DNA of 64,000 bases, taken from NCBI GenBank assembly GCA_025201805.1, contig MU619242.1:201187-265186 (forward strand). The letters run 5' to 3'. The DNA is from Parasitella parasitica NRRL 2501. Taxonomy: Eukaryota > Fungi > Mucoromycota. The translations under genes and the position numbers were made by a program. Positions 52,550 to 64,000 of the stretch are shown here, piece after piece (position 1 is the stretch's first letter; each line of letters opens with the position of its first letter). The notes beneath the pieces were generated by a model. It saw only the letters and a list, made by a program, of their open reading frames with translations. It was not told the origin of the DNA and ran no database searches.

Positions 52550-53552
52550 ATTGTTCAGCAATACAAACTATTCTCTTTTCTACCAAGTTTTCTTTGCAGC
52601 AACGTTTATCGATAGACAAGACAAGTTTAACAGGAACTCTGTAAGAAATAGAAAATAAAATCGCAGTTCGTAGCGTCCTTATCAAGCAATTGTAACATCA
52701 AAAATGCATTTGGAAGTGAACTTTACAGTTTTTGAGCATATTCAATGATTTGATTTCGGGACCAAAGATGACTCTGGATTACATCGAGGAATCTCCTCTT
52801 CTTTTGTGCGGTTTTGTATCGATTGAATGTATTCTAATGAGACATAAGCAGTCTTTTCTGGAGTTTTGATGTGAATCTGTTGCCATTTGTCAGGAAATTC
52901 CATTTTTGCTTTAGAATAGACGAGATCACGCTAAAGCGTCTACCCCATATTCATCAATGTTCCCCGAAACATCCACCCACATGTGGCGTCGCTATCTTTT
53001 ATATTTAAAAGTGATCAACTCTTCATATTGCACAAAAACATGTCGATATGCTAATTGCATCCAGTGTATAGCGTTTGCGGCATGTACATAATGTACACGG
53101 ACAACGGACAAATATACTTGATCTAAAGTTAAATCAGCAACAAACCCACAATGCTAAAAAATGAACATTTCTCGATTCGTAAAGTCTGCCATGTGGGAGT
53201 AGCAAGATCATAAAGTCCACAAAACTAGTTGTGATTTCTTTCCTTGCTTATTTCCAAGGATCACTACCATTAAATAAGCTGTCATACGAGATGCAGACTT
53301 GTCTGGATCAATGTATCTTGTTTTTGATGTTTTATGAATCATAATGATGAGCTTTGCAAGCGGAGAAGATGAGAGGAGGGGCGTAGACATTTCCAGTTTG
53401 CCTGCCCTTTGTGCTACATACATTATTTCCATCTATCCCACATCTCTCTTGTATAATTTTGCTTCTCCCCTTTTTCCTTGAAATTGCTCTTGTTGTCTCT
53501 ATTTTGGAAGCAATCTTTTTTTTTTATTTTTTTTTTTTGCTATTGATATAAT

Positions 53553-54066
53553 ATGACAAACTCTTTGTTAAAACAAGTAGATGACGCTTCTCCCGAAACG
53601 AGTGATTCCAAACAAATCAACGCTCAAAAAAAGAAGAGAACTGGGCCCAAAAGGAGAAAAGTTACTCATGGTATAAAAATACATAGGAAGCTGAAAGATT
53701 TCTAGACAGTGATCTAATGAGACGCAAAATTAGCTTGTGTTTATTGTAGAAGATCGCATATGACTTGTGATGATGGTAAATTTCTGATGTCCACACAGTT
53801 AAAAGCAGCTTGGATCATTAAACACACAGTAAATACATAGGACGACCCTGTCAACGTTGTATAAAACGAAGTATAGGCCATCTTTGTCACGATGAAATCA
53901 AGAATACAGGTGCTGACAGTGATAGTACCCATAACAAAAAAGCTGCTGTATCGACCAGTGCATCTGTTAATTTGGCTGCTACAGCACCTACTCCACATTC
54001 TATACCTATTGTGCCACAGCACCTTATTGGTAAGTACATGGCAAAAAAAAAAAAAAAAAAAAAAAA

Positions 54067-54104
<38 letters not shown>

Positions 54105-55163
54105 TCTTATTTCGCTAACAATGCACCATTTATTTCTAAACATATAGCGACACCTAGTAATTTAGGAGGGCTACCATTACAATTCTTTGGGCAAATGGGC
54201 ACCGGACAGTTGACATTTGCTAGCGAACATATGGGAAAGGAAATATCAGTGATAAGGTAACGCTCGCTTTTTAATTACGTTTCATCATCTGAATTAACAT
54301 TTGTGTATATTCTATAGCAATTTCCTCGATTCGCTTGGATCAGAAGCTCAACTTTACAAACCTGCGACAGTATTGCAGCAGCAGCAACAACAGCAGCAAG
54401 CACGACAACAAGCACAAGAGGTCAATTCAACAGAAAAGTTCTTTCTAACAGCGGCAGATCCATCGGACGGCAGATTAGAAGATCGGTTGACAGAAGTGAT
54501 CAATGCGAAATACGAAGCTGGTTTTTTGAAGCCGTACAATTATGTAAATGGCTATGCAAGACTTCAAAAGTACATGGATAGCTAGTAAGATGTAGATAAG
54601 ATGGCCGTATATTATCCATACTCATTTTTTTGCTTCTAGCATGTCTGCTTCCACTAGACAGCGCATCCTGAACGTGATGGGCACTTTTCGTCCTGCCTTC
54701 CGATCCGTCGCTCAATCCCTGACAGACATTGATTTGATTCTTGTAGAAGAAGCATTTGAACGTCTACTGCTGGATTACGACAGAGTGTTTAGTTCAATGG
54801 GTATTCCTGCTTGTCTGTGGAGACGTACAGGTGAGATCTACAAGGGAAACAAAGAGTTTGCTTCGCTGGTCAACGTTCCTTTTGAGAATCTTCGAGAGGT
54901 AGTACACTCAATGATGCTCGCTATCGATCGATACTAAAAATTCTTGTCGCTATCAGGGTAGATTATGTATTTACGAACTAATGGCTGAGGAATCAGCAGT
55001 AAATTATTGGGAAAAATATGGAGCGATTGCATTTGATCCTGGACAGAAGGCAGTATTAACGTCTTGTTTGTTGAAAAATCAAAATCCAGAAAACACAAGA
55101 GTTATATCTTGCTGTTTTTCATTTACGATCAGACGTGATAAATACAACATACCTGTAAGTACA

Positions 55164-55199
<36 letters not shown>

Positions 55200-55297
55200 T
55201 ATATACATGTACACGGATGAATTCTATAGTATGCTAAATACCAATTGTCATACAGACGGTCATTGTAGGTAACTTTTTGCCTGTACAATTACATTGA
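53553..55297 (+). CDS. Zn2Cys6 + PAS-like gluconeogenic transcription factor (AcuM/Rds2/Gsm1 type), multi-exon
   Basis: Spliced KRRKVTHACVYCRRSHMTCDDGRPCQRCIKRSIGHLCHDE; FFLTAADP, KPYNYVNGYARL, ERLLLDYDRVF, PACLWRRTGEIY, SAVNYWEKY, CCFSFTIRRD...IVGNFLP. Confidence 0.93.
55160..55207. repeat. (TACA)n/(TA)n microsatellite inside the last intron of the AcuM-like gene
   Basis: tacatacatacatacatacatacatacatacatatatatatatatac. Confidence 0.9.
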
Positions 55298-55308
55298 TTT
55301 ATTCATGG

Positions 55309-56541
55309 TCAAGCCCTTCTTTGCTTTCCTTTATATTTACTACAATTATCGCAATACCATTTCCCTTTTGGCACAGTCTTTAAATCTACACATGCGATAT
55401 GGAACCATTCAACATCACACTATTCACATATAAATATATATCTAGAGTTAGTAGAATAATTATAGAACAGGAGACCAAATAAACCTACTTCCTTATTATC
55501 ACAAGCTACCATTTCGCCAAAGGATACTTGCTGGCAATAGCAGTACAGCTGCTCGTTTGGATCAACTGGCTCTGAATCCGATCTAAACCAACGAATGTCA
55601 ATTTTTGCCATTTTGCAAACTGCGATTGTTCTGCTCACGGTTTAAGTTTGCCATTATTTTTCCTAGGAGGTAATGTTTTGATAGGCTTCCCTTTGTCCTG
55701 CGAATTTCTGCTTCTCGCTTGCTCTTTGAGCGCTCGAGGTAAATTCAATTCCTCTTTGGCAACTCTTCTCTCTATAGCAATGATTATTATAAATCAGCAT
55801 TTGCGATGGTTGTCAAATCCGATTTTCTGTTTACTTTTCACTGATTGTGATTTCTCGATGATTTTTTTGGATATCTTTTCTTTGGATGACAGTTTAGAGT
55901 ATTCGCGTAAGCTTCGTGAAGAAGGAGTCAGACTTGGCAGAGAAGCAATGCGCAATGCACCAATAGGATGTGTCTCTTCAAATTTAACTAAATCCGCATC
56001 TAAACGATTGCAATGACGGTCTACCTATTTTAGAGGGGAGGGGAGGGGAGGGGGGGGGGGGAAAGAAAGGAAGAGGATATAAGTACTTGGGATATATAGA
56101 AGAAGAAAAAAAAAAATGGCCGGCGCCCTTACTGCATCCAATGTCAGTTTAGCCAATGCAGCTTTTTCGCTGCTTCGCTGTGCTGTTTCTTCCAGCAATG
56201 AGACCAACGCCTTCAATTCAATGAATCTTTCGCTGGCGTCAATCTCGTCAATATTGTCAATCAAATCGATAGCTGCTTTTGCTGTGATAGAGTTTGAATC
56301 TAATGCCAACGTGTCAGTAAGGGAAGAACAAGGTCGCAACGGTGCATGCATTTCTACCCTGAGCGTAGCCATCCATCTCTTTTAGAAGCGTAAAATTTTT
56401 TTGAAGATCAATCTGTAGTGCTTCGACAGCTTAGGAGAAACAAAAAATCAGTGGTGGGTGCTGATTGATTGAGATGAGCCAATACTTACTGTCAATGTAA
56501 TCATCAATGTAAATGAGATTGTCTATAGCTGATCTTGTCAT
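55309..56541 (-). CDS. ING-family PHD finger chromatin reader (Yng2/Pho23-like), multi-exon
   Basis: N-terminal [26 protein letters not shown]; [55 protein letters not shown]. Confidence 0.95.
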
Positions 56542-58459
56542 GGTCGTATCAAAAAAAAAAAAAAAGGAAGAAAAAAAAATATAAAAAAAAAAAAAAAAAA
56601 AAGAAAAAGAGATCAGCCAAAAAAGGGAGGAGGGACCTCTTGTAAGGCACATGCGGTGTATCGTGAGATTTTTGTTTACTATAAATGTTTGCGATATGTA
56701 GCAAGTAAGATTATATTTGTTAAACAGAACCGATGGTCGAGAGCCAGGAAACCATTTCGGCTTCCATGAAATAAGATGCTGGCAGATACTTTGGTGAAAT
56801 TAGCCGCCTGATGTTCCCTGCAGTACACAATCAAAGACATCATGACCCTTGTATCTGACCGTCATGGCTACTTTGGTCAGCATTTGGATCTAATTTTGTC
56901 CTGCTTCAAAGTACTGCCCTGATCTATGTCTTTGTCAAATGACAGACCATTATTGTAAATGAAATGTTTGTCTCACCTATACGCAAGTATTTTGTACCTT
57001 TATTTAACATTGCCAGAAATTCATCCTTACAAGTTCGACGCGGCATCTGCCTGTCAACACTTTATGCTGTAAACCTTATTATAATTGTATTAAGGATACC
57101 ATTTGCCCTTTTTAATAAACAACGTATTTCAGTAAACTTACCGTGTGATAATGTTGTTCGAAGCATATCCCAAGCGTTTTTCATGGCGGAAAGGTTTTTT
57201 TAATGGCTGTAAATCTCTGTTGTATCATATCATAGCAATCTTTAAATGATAAAGAGAGGATTAACTGAAACTTTTTAAATGTTTGAAGCTCATTAAAACA
57301 TTACATCAAATTAAATCTTTGTTAATCAGACCAAAGGCAAAAGAAATGAACTTTATTAATAAAATTGAAAGAATCGCTCAAGAAAGCTACTTTATCTTTT
57401 GAAGAGATGTTCGTTCTTGCAGAGATATATTCACGAAATTCTGATATGAAATGAACAGATGCACTTACGAAGGTTTGTAAACCTTTCCATTTGAATGCTC
57501 TAAAATTACATACACATCTGGATTTTTCAGCTGGCAACACCCCTGCGGAGTGATTTCATGATATTTAATCATCGTTTGTATGATACATTGGAATGAGCAA
57601 TATACATGTTTGTTATTATTTACAAACTGACGGAATTCCGGCACACACATTACACAATAATAATAATAATAAAAAAACAACCGAGACCTTTTTTCTAGAA
57701 CGATTGAAAAAGGTCAGTAAGCATTTGCAGATATCACTATACGTTTTTCTGCTCGCTCTTCGAGCTTGAGAAAGCCTCAATAAAAAGGTCTGTCTTTGAG
57801 GTTTATATTCGCCTATTAATATAAAAGACCTTCTTGAAGATGGTGAGTTGGCAAAAATATGAGGCAATGCTCCAGATATAAAGTCTGGATCGTTTCAAGC
57901 TCACAATACACAATAAATACTGAGAAGTACGCCATTAAATGCGTTAGTTTTATGTTTTTAATCTGCTGTGAACGATAGAAATTGCACAATGGATGCTCAA
58001 AAAGCAGCCCATGTTAACGAGATTATAGTTGAATATATTACAATTATCTCTCAAGTCTACGTATAAGACTATCAAAAAGATTTGAAATCTACCCAAAATA
58101 TAAGCAAGTCTATAATATCACAATGCGTGTTTTTTTAGGCACGTCAAGTTTCAAACTTTGTGCAAGAGTAGGGGATCTGGATATTCTCATACTATCTTCA
58201 AGATGAATCTTTGGGTTGAAATAAACTGAGCAGTCTATAGTTTGAAATGGTAAAATAGAGTCTAGAATAAATAAAGGAAATTTATACATACTATGTAAAG
58301 GTAAAAAAATAATTATAAACAATGAGTTGTGTGATTATATAGCAATGAGAATAAGTTAAGTCTAGACGAGTTAATGGAGTTGCGAAATCTTAATTAAGGC
58401 GTGAGAATGTCAATGTTACTAAAAACGGAGATAAGTTCGTGTGTCAATGGTGCCTTGAA

Positions 58460-60049
58460 CTAAACAATGGCACCATTGCCTTGTGTATCCTCATGAATCT
58501 TATCTTCGTCAGTCCTGATTCTTTCTTGGGCCTTGACGACTTCCTTTTCCCAGCTGATAAACATCAAGAACGTAAGAGAACCCGACGCAACCAGGAACAA
58601 AGCCAAGGTCAGCGCAGCCCAGAGACCATTCAAACCCCAATCTAGAACAAAAGTCAAATAGTAACCAATTGGCAATGCAACCACATAGTAAGAGACTAAA
58701 TTGACCCACGCAGCAAACGACTGGCGACCTAAGCCGCGAATGACACCTCCACATACGCCAGATAGGCCATCAGCGATTTGGAACAAGGCACAGAGAGGCA
58801 TGATCCTGGATACAAGCGCAACAACATCTTCATCCGAAGTGAACAGAAAGCCAAATTTGGAGCGAAGCGCCATAAAGAAAGTGGAATTTGTGCAACCAAA
58901 GAAAATGGCAAACAAAATGGCAACAATAGATGCGCGGCGGGCCTTTTGTGCGTTGCTTTCACCAAGCGAATTGCCGATGCGATTGGACACAGCGACAGAT
59001 ACACCAAAAGGGATGGTATAGGTTGCAGAAGCTGTGGTCAGCACAATAGATTGAGCAGCAAGATCACGGGTGCTGAGATAGCTTGAAGCCAACGATGACA
59101 GCTCAAATGCCCACCATTCAGCAGTAATCATCAAAAGAGATGGAATAGAGAGCTTCAGGAATGGCCACCATTCAGTCAAACACTCTTTAGACCAACCGCC
59201 CCAGGCACTCTTGCCATCTACGTACTTGATGTAAAGAACCAACAATGCTAGCATCAACCAGTAGCTAAAGCTAGTAGCTAGAGGAGCGCCTATGAATCCC
59301 ATATTGAATGGAGCGAGGTATACAAAGGAATAGTTGAGACAAAGATTGATGGGAGACACAATCATGAGGACATAGGTGGAGGCTTGCATGATGCCCTGCG
59401 CTTGCAAGTATTTCTTTGTAGCTTCAAAGGCAATAAAGGCAGGGGCGCCCAGCATCAAGCAGCGCAAAAAGAGACCGGCGTGCAGAGCCAATTCAGGATC
59501 TTGGTTCAGGCTCAACAAAAGCTTTGTACAATTCCACCAGACGATGGCGATTGGGATAAACATCAAACCGAGGATACAGAGTGCGCGCTGAAGATGGATA
59601 CCCACCAGAGTCTTATCTTTAGCGCCAGTCCATGCTTGGCTGCACAGAGTATCCAGAGCTGCTGCAGTCCCGAATGCGATGCTCCATGCTGTCACGCTGG
59701 CAAACATACTAGCCAGAGCTGCGGCAGCCAATTCCGTTGGGCCCTTTATTGTTCTTTTTAGTCTCCACTTCTCACACACCCAATGGCGATCTCCTTAAAA
59801 AATACTTACCAAATGACCCAGTGTAAAAATTGATGCCATTTGCAGCGAATTCTGCATCAAAAAGGTGAATACAATAGGCAATGCATTTCTAAGCAGCCAG
59901 CGAAATTCATTCATCCAGCTGGAGTCATCCCTGACATTTTTGGGCAATCTATCAATCAAAGGAGTTGTTTCTGTTGGAGTGGAGGATAGAGATGAGCTTA
60001 TCGATACAATGTCATGCTCTTCGTCTTGGCGGATAGCGGAATGACTCAT
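58460..60049 (-). CDS. MATE-family efflux transporter (Erc1-like), 2 exons
   Basis: LGHLGPTELAAAALA, ALDTLCSQAW, KKYLQAQG, AEWWAFE, RIGNSLG, GVIRGLGRQ. Confidence 0.95.
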
Positions 60050-60209
60050 CTTTTGTTTGCGTTTGTCTCGCAATGATTTGGAATCAAAAAAGTAAAAGGA
60101 AAGGGATAGGAAGGAAATTTAGAAATTGAAAATTTTTTATCAACATTTATACCAAAGGAGGTGACACCAGCAAAAAGAGTGATAATGAATAATATTATGG
60201 CGATATGAG

Positions 60210-60905
60210 TCAAGAAAACGAAAAGAACCAATCATCTTTTGTCATTTCGATAGCGTTTTTGGCTGCAAGATTGGAATTGCCATTTGCCTTTTGGATCAAG
60301 TGGTGGCGAATCATATTTAGCCTTTCAATGGCTGTCCTCTTGGTTTCTGCGGGTTCTTGCATCGTCTCCTCTTTAGCCTCTTTGATCCACTGTCCTATAA
60401 TGGGAATTCCGTAGACATCTTCAGTGTAATCGGTATTCTGCAAATACTCCACAATATCCTGGGCTGATAGTAACCCAGTTGTCCAATCATAACGCAATTT
60501 CTCGTTTTCTGAAAGTGCATGTTGTGTGTCCACTTGGTGTCGGTGACTGATGTATGAATTCGAATCAGGTATTAAATCGCTGCCGTGAACGAAGTCGCTG
60601 TACGCCGTGGGAGCGCTCAGAAAATTCAGCACCTCAGATCCATCCAACGGATCTTCAAACGCATTAAAATCGGCGTCAATTGATGTGAATTGGTAACTGT
60701 CAAACGGCTGTGGTGCGTGCAGTTGTGGTTCGTGATGCTCAAAGGCTTGCTTATCCTTACCCTTTCCCAATGTACGAAATCCATTAGTCTCAGTTTTGAT
60801 AGATTGCCTTGAAGGCGACGATGACTGCAGATTTGCCAAAGTATGATCAAAGCGCAAGGACGTTTTGCTAGCATTAGAAGATGGTTTATCAGCCCAAGGA
60901 TGCAT
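60210..60905 (-). CDS. Hypothetical protein, about 231 aa from MHPWADK
   Basis: Long open frame with protein-like composition (DGSEVLNFLS, YTEDVYG, AIERLNMIRHHL); ATG in AAAATG context; no family recognised. Confidence 0.7.
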   Translation of the reverse strand: MHPWADKPSSNASKTSLRFDHTLANLQSSSPSRQSIKTETNGFRTLGKGKDKQAFEHHEPQLHAPQPFDSYQFTSIDADFNAFEDPLDGSEVLNFLSAPTAYSDFVHGSDLIPDSNSYISHRHQVDTQHALSENEKLRYDWTTGLLSAQDIVEYLQNTDYTEDVYGIPIIGQWIKEAKEETMQEPAETKRTAIERLNMIRHHLIQKANGNSNLAAKNAIEMTKDDWFFSFS

Positions 60906-61148
60906 TTTTTTTTTATAAATATGTGTATATAGAGAGAAAGAGAGGAAGAGAGAGATGAAATATACAAAACAAGTAAGCAAGAGATTAGATAAAAAAAAAA
61001 AAAAAAACCAGAACGGCTTTATGTTTAGTAGAAGGTCCATGTGAAAATTACAATCTATGATTCCGAGATTTCCGAGAGAGGGCCTGTATGAAGCATGATC
61101 TTCAGCATAAAGCCATCAACAAAGCGCTTACAAATACTAAATGGGGCT

Positions 61149-62675
61149 TTATTTCTTGTCTTTGTTGTCATTGTCGTCATCATCGTCTTCATCTGACGAG
61201 CTAATGCTCCACGGATCAGATGCGCTGTTCTTTTCGCTGTTCATATTGTTTATCATTCTTTCAATAGCTGCATTAAAGCCCTCAATTGGCTCAACTACGG
61301 GATATTTATGGCTCTTCATTGAACATTCAGCCTTTATGAGCTTTTCCTCAGGCTGCTTCGCTTCTTGTGTATTTCTGAGAAACGACGACATGGCAAATGT
61401 TGGTAATGTCCGACGTCGTTTGCCTGTTAATGAGGAAGATTCTGGTGATGTAGAGGTGGCAGGTGTTTTGGCTGGATCTGGAGAGGAAGACAGAGGTATA
61501 GCAGCAGTCGCTGTAGCAGGCAAAGAAGGCGTAGCATTGGTAGATACAGTAGTACTGACAGAAGCAGAAAATGTGGTGCCTTTACACGCAATTTTTCTGG
61601 GTGTAGCAGAGGGTGTAGCAGTGGGTAACGAATCAGCTGTTGTTGTTGAGCTTTTGGCAAAAGAAGTTGTGTTGGATGAAGAGGAGCTTGCAGTGCTAAT
61701 AGAAGGATTATTTGCAACATCCTGTCTCCCCTTATTCAGCATGTCTGCAATGACCTTTTTTAATGCTTCACCTCTAAGGCCGGATTGTATAGCGGCTTGA
61801 GCTTCTAAAGCAATTTTCTTGCCTCGCTGAGCAATGTCAGCGTTGATATATGGTGGCAAAGATGGAGGCGAGGCCGATGAAGACGGATTGATATTTCCGT
61901 ATTGCGTATTCAACTCTGTCAACATGGCAATCAACTTGCCCAAATTTCTTTCTCGATCTGGTGTTTTTCGAGCTTTTTTAGCTTGGGACTTTTGCAATTG
62001 TGATTGTTCAAGATGTTGCTGCATTTCCATATGTAATCGTTGCTGTATTTTTTGCGATCGAGGAGAAGGTTGTGTGGTCTTTGGTTGTGCAATTGGATCA
62101 GGATTTTTGTTGGCAGCAGCAGCGCTATCAGCATGCTGTGTCGACGAAGATGCCTGTGTAGTCTTTTGTGCTCGTTTGGCTATTGGCTGCATACTTGGAT
62201 TGGCGGACCTTTTAAGAGTGGGATTCATGATTTTTGTTGATTTGGTTGGCATTGCTTGTGATTTTCTTGGAGCTTGATTCGTTAGAGGTGGTTGAGATTG
62301 TGCTGACGAAACTGGTTGCTGTATTGGCTGACGTGCTGGTTGCGTTGCTGATTGTTCCATTGCTTGCTGTATTGGTTGGAACGTTGGCTGCATTACTGGT
62401 TGCTGTGATGGTTGTGGTGCAATGAATGGATATGATTGCTGTGGATATAGATACGGTTGAGGAGGAGGTTGGAATAGTTGGAATGGCTGATTTGGAGGAG
62501 CTACAATCACACCCTTATTGTACCATTTCAACATACACATATGACTACATGGGACTCGTCTAGCAATGAATGCGAGGCAATCGCAGCTGATGATGATATT
62601 GTTAATATCAATGAATACCCGAAAAAAAGGTTCATTTGGATTTGATTTGACAGCCCAAGTAGAGCCCACCTGCAT
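61149..62675 (-). CDS. SWIM zinc-finger protein with long Q/P/S/T-rich tail, possibly MULE-transposase-derived; start uncertain
   Basis: SCDCLAFIARRVPCSH fits SWIM CxCx(n)CxH; 508 uninterrupted codons. Confidence 0.65.
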   Translation of the reverse strand: MQVGSTWAVKSNPNEPFFRVFIDINNIIISCDCLAFIARRVPCSHMCMLKWYNKGVIVAPPNQPFQLFQPPPQPYLYPQQSYPFIAPQPSQQPVMQPTFQPIQQAMEQSATQPARQPIQQPVSSAQSQPPLTNQAPRKSQAMPTKSTKIMNPTLKRSANPSMQPIAKRAQKTTQASSSTQHADSAAAANKNPDPIAQPKTTQPSPRSQKIQQRLHMEMQQHLEQSQLQKSQAKKARKTPDRERNLGKLIAMLTELNTQYGNINPSSSASPPSLPPYINADIAQRGKKIALEAQAAIQSGLRGEALKKVIADMLNKGRQDVANNPSISTASSSSSNTTSFAKSSTTTADSLPTATPSATPRKIACKGTTFSASVSTTVSTNATPSLPATATAAIPLSSSPDPAKTPATSTSPESSSLTGKRRRTLPTFAMSSFLRNTQEAKQPEEKLIKAECSMKSHKYPVVEPIEGFNAAIERMINNMNSEKNSASDPWSISSSDEDDDDDNDNKDKK

Positions 62676-62955
62676 AATCAGTGATGACAGATCCGTACTT
62701 GTGTCATTATTCTTCCCTAACTCACATAGTGTAAGCTATAAATATTACAAGACCTCTGAAATGCCCATTAAATGGTTTCATACTCACCCTTCTCAATAGG
62801 AGGGGACATTCATAAAAATAAAAAGAATAAAAAATTAAAAAATATAATGTGGTATCGATGATTAAATGTAGATCTGTTGTCAGTTTTGAAATCAAGAGAA
62901 GGCTGTTTTATACACCTTTTGCCAAAATGATGTCGNNNNNNNNNNNNNNNNNNNN

Positions 62956-63003
<48 letters not shown>

Positions 63004-63042
63004 CAAGTGTCGAACAATTCGAAAAGAGTGTCGAGCTTTTTT

Positions 63043-63465
63043 TTAATAAACAATTGTTAGACAGATAATATTTACAGTACGGCTTTTTTTTTTTTTTTTA
63101 AATAGGATGGCTTGCAAACCCTTCAAAGATGACTGGGTAGCTTGGTTGCTTGCATCTGCAATTGTTTGAGATAATAGTATCCTTTTTAAGAATAAACCCC
63201 TTTTCGCATTACTTTTAACAACCGAGTTAGGTATTATTTCACCAATTATTTTGCTTGTGTGTATGGGCGCATTGTCCATAATCAGAAAATGTCCTTTCAT
63301 TTCGGGAAACCTGTCCATCTGAGCAAGAACGTCTTTGATGAAAGTGACATAATTTGGTTACTGTGCTGCCTTTTGTCACCACCTAACTTTCTTTTCTTTG
63401 AAAATGGTATAGGCTTCCTCGAGCTAATCTTGATGAGACCTTTAGCAGAGGTGGGTCCCAATATT
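63043..63465 (-). mobile_element. Degenerate Tc1/mariner (IS630-Tc1-mariner DDE) transposase relic
   Basis: ILGPTSAKGLIKISSRKPIPFSKKRKL, a frameshift, then FIKDVLAQMDRFPEMKGHFLIMDNAPIHTSK. The LPPYSPELNPIE block is missing before SVVKSNAKR. Confidence 0.85.
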
Positions 63466-64000
63466 AAAAATAAAAATAAATGCTTTTTGTTAGAGAATAA
63501 GTAAGTTTATTTACAAGCTTTTTCCTAGCTTGGTTATTCATACCGAAAGAAACTGGCTATTGAGTAAGGAGTCTCGATCGCACTTGACAGAGTTTGATTA
63601 TCAAGTCAAATTTTGGGGGCCAATTTTCGAGTCCTTTTTCTCCTCAGACTCAATTGTTCTTCATTGGTAAGTATTCTAATGTTCCTTTGAATATTACGTC
63701 TTTTACCTTGTATTGATTTTACATAGGGGGACACCATGTCCACACCCTGCAAAAAAAAACAAGTTGAAGTTTAGACTGGACCTCCGCCTGTTAATCTTCA
63801 ACGATGAAGAAATAATAGCGGATGGAATGACGGTGAGGTGGCTCGAATGGCTTTTAAAGGAAAGCTATATGGCGATCGATTGAAGTCAGTTTTGGCAACG
63901 AAATGCCATTTATAGGGTACAGGAGACACCCTGAGGACACTTGTTAGAGTCCCACATTTAAAAGACAGCCTGCTTAAGCTGTTTAATAAATTCACTTATA

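Noticed and set aside
61141-62277. Long antisense ORFs opposite real genes (also within the permease, TPS2, SND1, CDC6 and MATE genes)
   Set aside because: Shadow frames expected from codon bias and low complexity; no independent evidence.

Overview
Eukaryotic nuclear DNA: AT-rich, gene-dense, with short (about 50-120 nt) spliceosomal introns. Gene content (Rab4, Tudor-SN, ZGPAT-like, PPZ, AcuM-type factor) and transposon style point to an early-diverging fungus, most likely Mucorales (inference). About 25 protein-coding genes can be built by hand: MRPL12, Rab4, amino-acid permease, two small secreted proteins, TPS2, SND1, RPO41, a Zds1-like protein, PPZ phosphatase, a C2H2 factor, a stand-alone ABC ATPase, LAMMER kinase, CDC6, a divergent Hsp70-like protein, a 101-aa basic microprotein, ALG3, GlcNAc-6-P deacetylase, ZGPAT-like, RPL39, AcuM/Rds2-like, ING-family PHD protein, MATE transporter, a hypothetical protein and a SWIM-finger protein. 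There is also a Tc1/mariner relic and a non-coding 1.7-kb element bounded by direct repeats. No rRNA, tRNA or CRISPR was found. Most of the window is housekeeping. The best leads are the intact 4-exon Hsp70 derivative lacking its ATPase motifs, the hidden 4-exon microprotein, the direct-repeat element, MCB and E2F-like sites upstream of CDC6, a repeated motif upstream of the deacetylase, a GC-AG intron in RPO41, and two convergent genes whose stop codons are 11 bp apart. All family calls are from motif recognition; no database search was run.
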